NCBI GenBank assembly: GCA_965207445.1
Contig: CBDBLX010000002.1
Location: forward strand, 64,001 to 128,000
Reading direction: 5' to 3'
Length of the DNA stretch: 64,000 nucleotides
DNA from: Nitrosopumilus sp.
Lineage (GTDB): Archaea; Thermoproteota; Nitrososphaeria; Nitrososphaerales; Nitrosopumilaceae
Shown: in pieces, positions 11,359 to 20,062 of the stretch
Layout: every line of letters starts with the position of its first letter
Position numbering within the stretch: the stretch's first letter is position 1
Position numbers and translations under genes: made by a program
Notes under the pieces: model-generated
Databases searched by the model: none
What the model saw: the letters and a program-made list of their open reading frames with translations, nothing else
Told to the model about the DNA's origin: nothing

Positions 11359-12756
11359 TTGAGAGAAGAGGTTGCACAACTAAAACAACAACTCCAACAA
11401 AAAACCAGACAACACCACCGTGTTGATAATGCCCACACACCTCCCTCTGCAGGAAGTGACTCACAAAATAAACTCAAAAATTACAGACGCGAACATGAAG
11501 AACGCTGTTACTTGGAATATGGAATAGTTATGGAAGCCATTACTAATTCTGACAATTATGTACTCGAAAATGCAATTGCACATGAAACCAACGACAAAGC
11601 GGTTAGAAAAGGAGTCAGTCTAATCCTGTATGGGTTAGAAGAGAAGACAAAAGGAAAAAAATGGAATGAAGAGGAGGAGGAGAAAACAACAATATACAAC
11701 ATGGGCGTCACAGAGGAAATTGACTGTACAGTAGACAAATGCCCCGAATGTGGTGCAGATGTAGATGTTAAACACGAATGCAAGATGGTAATAGACACTC
11801 CAGTAATAGTCAAAGCCACAAAAAAACGGATTAAATCATCAAAAGGCAAATGCAAAAACAACCACAAAATAAACACCATGCCCAAAGGATATACCAAAGG
11901 CTCAATGTTTGGCCCCAATCTCATGACCATGATCGTATTCATGTTCTTTACAACACTCAGTCTAAACTCCATATCACACATGCTAACGCTAGTCGGCGTT
12001 CCAAAGGTCTCAAAGGTGACCATAATGAATGCTCTTACAGCAGTAGCAAGAGAAAAGTTTGCAGCAACTGCAAAACAGATCTCAAAAAATCTTGCAAAAA
12101 CAAGATATTTGATGGGTGATGAAACGCCAGTCAAAATAGGCATAAAACGTGGCTATGCGTGGGTCTTCATAGGCGAATATGGCATCAGTTTTGTCATTAC
12201 TCGCTCACGTGGTGCGGCTGTATTAGATATACACTGTCCGTTATTTGACATTCCAATCGTGGTGGATGGATACGCCGCATACAACAAATTCAAAACCAAA
12301 CAGCGCTGCTGGGCGCATGTTTTGCGCGATGCCGAACTGCTGGCAGCCATGCAAGGCGGCAATCTCGTAGAATTACACCAAAAACTCCAGCACATATTTC
12401 ACGAGGCCAAACAGCTACCCCCAGACACCACAGATCAACAACTGCAAGACAACTGGATAGATCCCGTCATGGCAATTGCAGGCACATATACAGAACTAGG
12501 ATATTCGTTTGGTGGCAAACTGCTCAATGCGGCGCCAGACCTGTTTACATTTGTCAAATATCCGGGCATGCCACCTACCAACAACAAATCCGAACGAACA
12601 CTGCGGCGCGTCGTAATTCACAAAAAGATTCGTCAGATGTTTCGCAGTACAACAGGAATGGAAGTTTATGGTATATTGATGTCATGTATGATGACGTGGT
12701 ATGATCAGGACAAGGATCTTGTAAAGAACATCCATAACACCATCATGGCAAGCTAA
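11359..12756 (+). CDS. IS66-family transposase (TnpC-like)
   Basis: DNAHTPPS, CPECG zinc finger, GDETP, VDGY, QRCWAH and PTNNKSERTLR motifs. Confidence 0.9.
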   Translation: MREEVAQLKQQLQQKTRQHHRVDNAHTPPSAGSDSQNKLKNYRREHEERCYLEYGIVMEAITNSDNYVLENAIAHETNDKAVRKGVSLILYGLEEKTKGKKWNEEEEEKTTIYNMGVTEEIDCTVDKCPECGADVDVKHECKMVIDTPVIVKATKKRIKSSKGKCKNNHKINTMPKGYTKGSMFGPNLMTMIVFMFFTTLSLNSISHMLTLVGVPKVSKVTIMNALTAVAREKFAATAKQISKNLAKTRYLMGDETPVKIGIKRGYAWVFIGEYGISFVITRSRGAAVLDIHCPLFDIPIVVDGYAAYNKFKTKQRCWAHVLRDAELLAAMQGGNLVELHQKLQHIFHEAKQLPPDTTDQQLQDNWIDPVMAIAGTYTELGYSFGGKLLNAAPDLFTFVKYPGMPPTNNKSERTLRRVVIHKKIRQMFRSTTGMEVYGILMSCMMTWYDQDKDLVKNIHNTIMAS

Positions 12757-12828
12757 ATCATTCACCAAACTTCATCGCATAGCAGTAGATGTGTGTTGAG
12801 GTGTACAGGTAGGGGGTTTAACTGTTAC

Positions 12829-15634
12829 TCAATGGGGCCGCAACTTTTGTGTTGCGGAAATTGGCATAATGACGATCCGAACAGACACACAAAAACACCT
12901 TCAATGGGGCCGCAACTTTTGTGTTGCGGAAATTTACTAGCGGTGACATATACATGAGACGTTTTGACATCCTTCAATGGGGCCGCAACTTTTGTGTTGC
13001 GGAAATTTACACACCCAGACACAACCAAGCAAAATCTTAGGACCTTCAATGGGGCCGCAACTTTTGTGTTGCGGAAATTCAGAAGTGATTTTAAATCATA
13101 AGTTATTTCCATATAACCTTCAATGGGGCCGCAACTTTTGTGTTGCGGAAATCATGCCATAAAAAAAGCAATCCCACCAGCCGACCTAATCCTTCAATGG
13201 GGCCGCAACTTTTGTGTTGCGGAAATAGCACCCGAGATACACGTGGCTAGAATGGTAAGGGATGCCTTCAATGGGGCCGCAACTTTTGTGTTGCGGAAAT
13301 TCAATACAGTACGATTACAAGGAAGCCACGTACCACCCTTCAATGGGGCCGCAACTTTTGTGTTGCGGAAATTTAGCGCCACGTATGTTCACAAAACAAG
13401 AGAAAGATGCCTTCAATGGGGCCGCAACTTTTGTGTTGCGGAAATATGGGAAGCACTACTTTGTATAGAGATAATAACGATCCTTCAATGGGGCCGCAAC
13501 TTTTGTGTTGCGGAAATCAAAAAAGATGGGACTCTGCACAGGAGTTGCAATGCAACCTTCAATGGGGCCGCAACTTTTGTGTTGCGGAAATCGCACTAAC
13601 ACCAGTCTTTGCACGTTTGCCAAAAATCCTTCAATGGGGCCGCAACTTTTGTGTTGCGGAAATTATGACGCCCTCACGTGGGTACACGTACGGTTGTTCC
13701 CTTCAATGGGGCCGCAACTTTTGTGTTGCGGAAATAGGTCGGGCGTGGATATACCTTGTCCGTATTCTAAACCTTCAATGGGGCCGCAACTTTTGTGTTG
13801 CGGAAATCTAAGTCTTCATTTGCATGACTGCCTGCCATTTCCATCCTTCAATGGGGCCGCAACTTTTGTGTTGCGGAAATAGAACTGATACTGGTACAGG
13901 CAGAACTTATACTCAAACCTTCAATGGGGCCGCAACTTTTGTGTTGCGGAAATTATTACCACTCAACATGAAGCATTTGCTCAACAAGGACCTTCAATGG
14001 GGCCGCAACTTTTGTGTTGCGGAAATTTCAAGGACGCGACCCCGAACCAAACGCACCTAGTGACCTTCAATGGGGCCGCAACTTTTGTGTTGCGGAAATT
14101 AAAGATAAACGAAAAATATCAGCTTTAATCTCAACCTTCAATGGGGCCGCAACTTTTGTGTTGCGGAAATAGCAATATGACGCAATGGACAGACCCCCAG
14201 AATATAGCCTTCAATGGGGCCGCAACTTTTGTGTTGCGGAAATTCGTATATCTACTGCTGTAGAAACCACAAAGCCCGCACCTTCAATGGGGCCGCAACT
14301 TTTGTGTTGCGGAAATTTATAATCCAGTTTTTGATCGTCGGGGGGGACTTGCACCTTCAATGGGGCCGCAACTTTTGTGTTGCGGAAATTGATCACCTAC
14401 TGCGCCGCGTAGATGCACTATGCCAACCTTCAATGGGGCCGCAACTTTTGTGTTGCGGAAATACCCACTTGGTGGCCGCCCCATAGAATACCGCGAGTAT
14501 CCTTCAATGGGGCCGCAACTTTTGTGTTGCGGAAATTAGTATATGTGGTTGTGGTCCATGTGCCTGAGATATATCCTTCAATGGGGCCGCAACTTTTGTG
14601 TTGCGGAAATCATTGGCAGTTGGAGCAGTTGGGTGGCTATTGAGACTAGCCTTCAATGGGGCCGCAACTTTTGTGTTGCGGAAATGTGTAAATTCAAAAG
14701 GTAGACGTTGCATACCACTTGGCCTTCAATGGGGCCGCAACTTTTGTGTTGCGGAAATCTACTATCAATTTACCACTATAACATACATCACACAACCTTC
14801 AATGGGGCCGCAACTTTTGTGTTGCGGAAATTCCATTCGAATCAATATAATCACATGCTTCATAAGATCCTTCAATGGGGCCGCAACTTTTGTGTTGCGG
14901 AAATTGTATGCTCTACGTGCAAATTCATCATCAATGTCAATCCTTCAATGGGGCCGCAACTTTTGTGTTGCGGAAATATTAATATCTATCAATAACAACG
15001 CAACCCCTTGTTTCCTTCAATGGGGCCGCAACTTTTGTGTTGCGGAAATCAAATGGAAATGATCAGAACGAAGTTCAAAGACGCATTCCTTCAATGGGGC
15101 CGCAACTTTTGTGTTGCGGAAATTTAGTGCGCCATATACACATACATTCTCATTACAGAATCCTTCAATGGGGCCGCAACTTTTGTGTTGCGGAAATTAA
15201 CAATACAATTAGTATATACGTTGATGGAATATATCCCTTCAATGGGGCCGCAACTTTTGTGTTGCGGAAATGACACCCAGACATATGGACAATCCAATAA
15301 CCATAGCTCCTTCAATGGGGCCGCAACTTTTGTGTTGCGGAAATCCAATGTGCGGATCGGGTACTGTATGCAAAATGGCGCCTTCAATGGGGCCGCAACT
15401 TTTGTGTTGCGGAAATTGTTTTCAGTAAAATCGATTTGATGTAATATATCTGTCCTTCAATGGGGCCGCAACTTTTGTGTTGCGGAAATTCACTAAGATC
15501 AATAGGTTTCCAATTACGTGAATTATCCTTCAATGGGGCCGCAACTTTTGTGTTGCGGAAATAGTATGCTTTGAGCGCGTTGTATATCTCCACAAACCCC
15601 TTCAATGGGGCCGCAACTTTTGTGTTGCGGAAAT
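12829..15634 (-). CRISPR. CRISPR array, leader-proximal part: right piece of the split repeat plus 38 intact repeats
   Basis: Uniform repeat CCTTCAATGGGGCCGCAACTTTTGTGTTGCGGAAAT; last repeat at 15599-15634. Confidence 0.98.
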
Positions 15635-15807
15635 CCTATACACATGCCGATATTCAACATTATTCACAATTATTCATAAATTTTATTAAAGTTATGTACG
15701 TTCCACAGATTAATTGTAACAGCATTATAGTGTTTGTGCGTTTGCCATATATAATATCTGCGAGTGCTCACACACCTTTCTATTTGTTCCTGACCTCTCG
15801 CACAGAT
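15635..15807 (-). promoter_or_regulatory. Putative CRISPR leader
   Basis: AT-rich non-coding stretch between the cas2 stop and the non-degenerate end of the array; TATA-like TTATATAT on the minus strand near 15750. Confidence 0.65.
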
Positions 15808-16095
15808 CTACACCACTATTGTTGCCTCTCTTTGTGTTTCAAGTGACACACCCATCGTTGTTATCCGCACATCACTTTGACCAACAGGACCCACATTAAC
15901 GATAATGAGACTGTCTTCTTTCATATTCATGATATCTGCTAGATCATCTTTCATTATTATCAATTCACTAGGGCTTAGATCGCACATAAAAACTGAATAT
16001 TGCATATGATCACCATATCCACTCATCTTTTTGTATGTTTGTACAAGCCGTTGTCCATCCCTCACATCATAACACACAAAATATCTGTTGCGCAA
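15808..16095 (-). CDS. cas2: Cas2 (likely TTG start at 16095; the ORF track over-extends it to 16245)
   Basis: RYFVCYDVRD, GDHMQYSVFMC and EDSLIIV motifs; 95 aa directly downstream of cas1. Confidence 0.93.
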   Translation of the reverse strand: MRNRYFVCYDVRDGQRLVQTYKKMSGYGDHMQYSVFMCDLSPSELIIMKDDLADIMNMKEDSLIIVNVGPVGQSDVRITTMGVSLETQREATIVV

Positions 16096-16099
16096 TACA

Positions 16100-17797
16100 T
16101 CACCTCGTACGAAACACAGGGTATGTAGGAATTTCACCCAGTACGTGTCTAGCAAGTAATCTTGCTTGAGTCTCCAATATTCTCCTATAACTTGCACGAT
16201 ACCCAAGTAATGGGTGCATAACTGATGTATCCATACGTCTCTCATATGCCTTTATGATTGTCTTTCTTCCCTCTGCTGAAAGTGACACACCAAAATCAGT
16301 CTTTGTCATATCAGACTCTGTAATCTCACCGTTATTCACAACAGTAAGACATGTAGAGTCACATATGATTGAACGAAATTCTTCTATCAAATCAAGTGCA
16401 AGTGCAGGTTTTGAGTATTTGGGTCGGTGTAAATAACCAAGATATGGATCAAGCCCAACTGCGGAAACAGTAACAGTGGCTTGTCTAGTAAGTACAGCAT
16501 ACAAAAATGATAATATTGCATTAATCGGATCTTTTGGTGGCCTCCTATTTCGACCATCAAAATCAAATGTAGTTGAATCAGATTTTATCATCCCATGAAA
16601 TTCTGAAAAGTATAAACGCGCCGCTATTCCTTCAAATCCAAGTAGAGTATCATACTGTCTTGCAGTTAGCGCTCTATCAGCAAATGATTCCATTTCATTT
16701 ATCTTCTCTATTGGAGGTGACTTGTGATTTCGTCTGAGTAATGTTATACTGTTCTTTATCTTTCCAGCAACGATCTCTCGTGCAATTGCTAGTTGTAAGC
16801 TAGGTTTAGCATATACAGAATGTTGATGTATTCGGAGCTCAATGTTCTTGCTTGCAAGCCCACTAGTCATACCCATGAACCACCCACCATATGTCATATA
16901 ACAAATGGGGATATTTCTCTCACATAGTTCTCTTATTGCTTGTGTGCTAATTTGTACATTTCCAAATATAGTGAGTTCAGATACATCGATAAGTCTAACC
17001 TTTTTAATTTCGTTTTTGGCTTTGATATGCAAACAATCACCTGATTTTGATACGTAGGCGCCTTGTTCTTGTACATACACAGGCACAGCATCATTACGAA
17101 TTGGATACATGCGACGAACTTGATCTTTTGTGATATGTTGCGTTTCATCATCATCATCATTAATAGCACCAAGAAGATTTGTTTCATCAGGCAAACATAT
17201 TCCGACAAGTGAGCATTTTGGACATTTTGGACTATCAACCAATGGTGGCGGCATAAGATCTTTTTGTGCCATTTCCTTCATATCATGTATGGTTTGTAGT
17301 GTCATGGCTATGATTTGATCATCGAAATCTACTGTAACACGTTTCTTGGAGCCAATATAGTATATGATGCCATGTGTACAAGTGTAACCATTAGCGCGTA
17401 AAACCAATCCTTGGGCGCATACTTGAACCACATGATCAGGGTATGTGTTTGTAGGAGTTTGAGGAATTGTACCGCGTTTATACTCTATTGGCGTAGCAAC
17501 ATTTCCATCAATCTCCAATAAATCCATCTTTGCAATCAATCCCAGTTCAGAATCAGAGAGCATGGCAGATCGTGCATGAATGATCTCATCGGCACCATCA
17601 TCCGTATTGCTGGTAGATTTTGTTCTCTTTGATGGTTTGTCAACATTTCGGTGTTTGTATTTACCATCTATAACTTCAGTATTATATGCAAATTCCCCTT
17701 GAGTCCATTCCAAATATGCCAAACGTTTACAGTATGCAAACTGAGTCAACATTCTCACAGGTATAAGATCTGGAACATCACTCTTCTCCATACTCAC
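16100..17797 (-). CDS. cas1: Cas4-Cas1 fusion
   Basis: N-terminal Cas4 (YCKR, MDLLE, PIEYKRG, CPKCSLVGIC) fused to Cas1 (LGFEG, RRPPKDPINAILS, LALDLIEEFR); this fusion is typical of I-G. Confidence 0.95.
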   Translation of the reverse strand: MSMEKSDVPDLIPVRMLTQFAYCKRLAYLEWTQGEFAYNTEVIDGKYKHRNVDKPSKRTKSTSNTDDGADEIIHARSAMLSDSELGLIAKMDLLEIDGNVATPIEYKRGTIPQTPTNTYPDHVVQVCAQGLVLRANGYTCTHGIIYYIGSKKRVTVDFDDQIIAMTLQTIHDMKEMAQKDLMPPPLVDSPKCPKCSLVGICLPDETNLLGAINDDDDETQHITKDQVRRMYPIRNDAVPVYVQEQGAYVSKSGDCLHIKAKNEIKKVRLIDVSELTIFGNVQISTQAIRELCERNIPICYMTYGGWFMGMTSGLASKNIELRIHQHSVYAKPSLQLAIAREIVAGKIKNSITLLRRNHKSPPIEKINEMESFADRALTARQYDTLLGFEGIAARLYFSEFHGMIKSDSTTFDFDGRNRRPPKDPINAILSFLYAVLTRQATVTVSAVGLDPYLGYLHRPKYSKPALALDLIEEFRSIICDSTCLTVVNNGEITESDMTKTDFGVSLSAEGRKTIIKAYERRMDTSVMHPLLGYRASYRRILETQARLLARHVLGEIPTYPVFRTR

Positions 17798-17913
17798 AAA
17801 TCACGCCCACATGATACTATTTATTTGAACGCTAGTAAAATATAAAATGAATATATAAAAATAAGATATGACAGAGTCAACATATTTTTAACACATAAAA
17901 AAATTACAATATT

Positions 17914-18054
17914 GTGCAGATAGACAAACCAGACGACGATGTAATTAAATGCCCCATATGTGACAACATTATGACAAACATGCAAGCCTGTCATTTACAT
18001 TGTAGTAATTGTGGCGCTCATATGGACTGCTCAGATAAAGGAAGTTACTGGTGA
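17914..18054 (+). CDS. Small zinc-finger protein, 46 aa (below the ORF-track cutoff)
   Basis: Manual translation from GTG: MQIDKPDDDVIKCPICDNIMTNMQACHLHCSNCGAHMDCSDKGSYW; two CxxC pairs. Confidence 0.7.
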   Translation: MQIDKPDDDVIKCPICDNIMTNMQACHLHCSNCGAHMDCSDKGSYW

Positions 18055-18228
18055 CTAGAGTCCGGGACGGTCAGGTATGTAGTCAGCAGACATGTTAACT
18101 GCCAAGTCCTTCATAATCTCCAAATATTCATCATACTCGCGCTCAAATCCACAATGCGGACACGTCACCTTTGTGACATTATCATCCAATATAGCAACAC
18201 TACTGCACTCTGGGCATTTTGCATCCAT
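18055..18228 (-). CDS. Small zinc-ribbon protein, 57 aa (below the ORF-track cutoff)
   Basis: Manual translation: MDAKCPECSSVAILDDNVTKVTCPHCGFEREYDEYLEIMKDLAVNMSADYIPDRPGL. Confidence 0.75.
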   Translation of the reverse strand: MDAKCPECSSVAILDDNVTKVTCPHCGFEREYDEYLEIMKDLAVNMSADYIPDRPGL

Positions 18229-18280
18229 ACATCATATTAACACTGAAGATATTTAATCATAAGTAAATAAAACTAGTTAG

Positions 18281-18354
18281 GCGGAGTTAGTTTAGCCCGG
18301 TATGACGTCAGCTTCCCAAGCTGAAGGCCGCGGGTTCGAATCCCGCACTCCGCA
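18281..18354 (+). tRNA. tRNA-Gly(CCC)
   Basis: Acceptor stem GCGGAGT/ACTCCGC, anticodon arm TCAGC-TTCCCAA-GCTGA, T-loop GGTTCGAATCC; CCA not encoded. Confidence 0.95.
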
Positions 18355-19338
18355 TCATGCCAATTCCTTGATTGCTTGTTCTATAACGCCTCTATCTATT
18401 GCATTTGGTAGATATTTCAGATACATCTTCAAGTCATCACTTGCCTCTTGTCTTTTGTTTAGCTTTTCCATCAAGTATGCACGATTCTTGTATATGCGCG
18501 CAGAGCGTTTTTCATTTATTTGAATTGCCTTTGTATAAGATGATATGGCTTGCTCAAATTTGTTGCCTTTGAGATAATAGTTGCCAAGGCCATTATGTGC
18601 CAAATACGCATTGTCATTTATTTGAATACATTGTTCATAATACTTTACACATTCTGGATTATTCTGCTCATTGTATAGAGCCCCCAACATTTGCAGTGCC
18701 GTCACGTTTTCAGGGTCCATTTGTAATGCTTCCTGTAAAGATTTCGTAGCGCTAGGTTTGTCACCTAATATCATGGCGCGTTCTGCATCAAAACACAACC
18801 TACACGCAACACTCATCTGTGCAGATATTCTCATAGGTAGTTGAGATAACGTATCTGATGGTGCCACAATTATCATCAGTCTACCCTCCTCAGACCATTG
18901 TACATCAAACGTATCACTTGGTATGGCGCCCTCTTGCTGCTCACCTTGCGCCGTACCTTGTTGTACATAATGAAACACCATACCTGCATCACTATACCCA
19001 GAGACAACAGATGCATGTTGTGTTATTTCTGGATTGCCAGGAATACCAGGCAAGATAACAATTGGTGGAATGCCAGCATCAACTACAGTTTTCAATCCCT
19101 GCATATCGGTGTGCAGCATTACACACGACAGACCGTGTCGCTCTGCTAACTCGACACCTTCAATTATAATACTGCCATCAAACCCCGGATACCTTTTGGC
19201 AGTCTCTACTGCTTCTGATACTGGTAGTGAGACATTCCAGTACGAGGCCACCACATTAATGGGTAATGGTAATGACACTAGCTCTTCTGTCACTAGTGGT
19301 AAAAACAACACATGATCATCATTTTCGTCTGTAGACAT
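18355..19338 (-). CDS. TPR-repeat protein with an N-terminal peptidase C39-like region
   Basis: C-terminal TPR motifs (AHNGLGNYY, AISSYTKAIQIN); N-terminal GIPPIVIL...HASVVSGY. Confidence 0.75.
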   Translation of the reverse strand: MSTDENDDHVLFLPLVTEELVSLPLPINVVASYWNVSLPVSEAVETAKRYPGFDGSIIIEGVELAERHGLSCVMLHTDMQGLKTVVDAGIPPIVILPGIPGNPEITQHASVVSGYSDAGMVFHYVQQGTAQGEQQEGAIPSDTFDVQWSEEGRLMIIVAPSDTLSQLPMRISAQMSVACRLCFDAERAMILGDKPSATKSLQEALQMDPENVTALQMLGALYNEQNNPECVKYYEQCIQINDNAYLAHNGLGNYYLKGNKFEQAISSYTKAIQINEKRSARIYKNRAYLMEKLNKRQEASDDLKMYLKYLPNAIDRGVIEQAIKELA

Positions 19339-19419
19339 ACAGTATACACAAAAAGTGAGTTATTAAAACATGTTTACTATCAGGATGTCAATACGTGTAA
19401 TTATCATCATGACACCGTC

Positions 19420-19507
<88 letters not shown>

Positions 19508-20062
19508 TCACAACTTACAAAACCGCTCAATCATAAAGCGGCCATCTCTGCTCATCTCAGGATGAAACTGCATCCCATACACACCATCCCTATTCACATG
19601 TTTGATTATCTCGTATGCACATGCATCAGACCCCCCCACCACCTCCAACACATTAGGCAATCGACTTATCTCATAACTATGACTCTCATATACACTCACT
19701 ATACCCTTGTCAACTATCGGCAGATCTTTGTAAACACTCACTATATTATGTGTATTTTTTTGCGGCGTATCGGATCGTTTTATGGTGCCACCTAGCGTCA
19801 ATGCTAGTATCTCTGCACCATAGCATATTCCAAGCAATCGTACATCATGATATATCGCATATTTGATAACCTTAGAGTTGACCTTGTTGACCAATCGATC
19901 GTTGCGTTTGCGGCCTGATAACACTATTCCACTATACACAGACAATGTTTCCAAGTCAAGATCAAATGGTTTTATGCGTCTATACACAACATTCAAACAA
20001 TCCAACAATACTGCAAGTTCGTCTGTGTAAGATGAGCCGTTATCAACAATTAGTATGGTCAA
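19508..20062 (-). CDS. Class I glutamine amidotransferase (GMP synthase subunit A-like)
   Basis: VDNGSSY, LGICYG, ESHSY and QFHPE motifs. Confidence 0.88.
   Translation of the reverse strand: MTILIVDNGSSYTDELAVLLDCLNVVYRRIKPFDLDLETLSVYSGIVLSGRKRNDRLVNKVNSKVIKYAIYHDVRLLGICYGAEILALTLGGTIKRSDTPQKNTHNIVSVYKDLPIVDKGIVSVYESHSYEISRLPNVLEVVGGSDACAYEIIKHVNRDGVYGMQFHPEMSRDGRFMIERFCKL

Larger units (their letters stand above)
10679..12828 (+). mobile_element. IS66-family element inserted within a CRISPR repeat
   Basis: TIRs GTAACAGTTCAACCCC / GGGGTTTAACTGTTAC (15/16 match); 9-bp target duplication TCAATGGGG at 10670-10678 and 12829-12837. Confidence 0.95.

Noticed and set aside
11316..11365. 25-bp duplication (and the 34-bp one at 47204-47275) as further ectopic spacer events
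   Set aside because: These are tandem copies with no intervening insert, consistent with ordinary slippage.
10679..12828. Transposase plus CRISPR as a CAST or casposon
   Set aside because: This is a simple IS66 with its own TIRs and TSD disrupting a repeat. There is no tnsABC/tniQ or PolB, and Cas3 is intact.
4638..15846. Dozens of ORFs across the array (MGPQLLCCGN, LQWGRNFCVAEI, FNGAATFVLRK)
   Set aside because: These are translations of the stop-free CRISPR repeat, not genes.
16096..16245. Apparent 145-aa Cas2 with an N-terminal extension
   Set aside because: The extension overlaps the cas1 3' end; the Cas2 motif begins at about 16095.
18281..18354. tRNA-Gly as an integration site for the CRISPR or other islands
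   Set aside because: I saw no duplicated tRNA 3' end and no integrase gene in the window.
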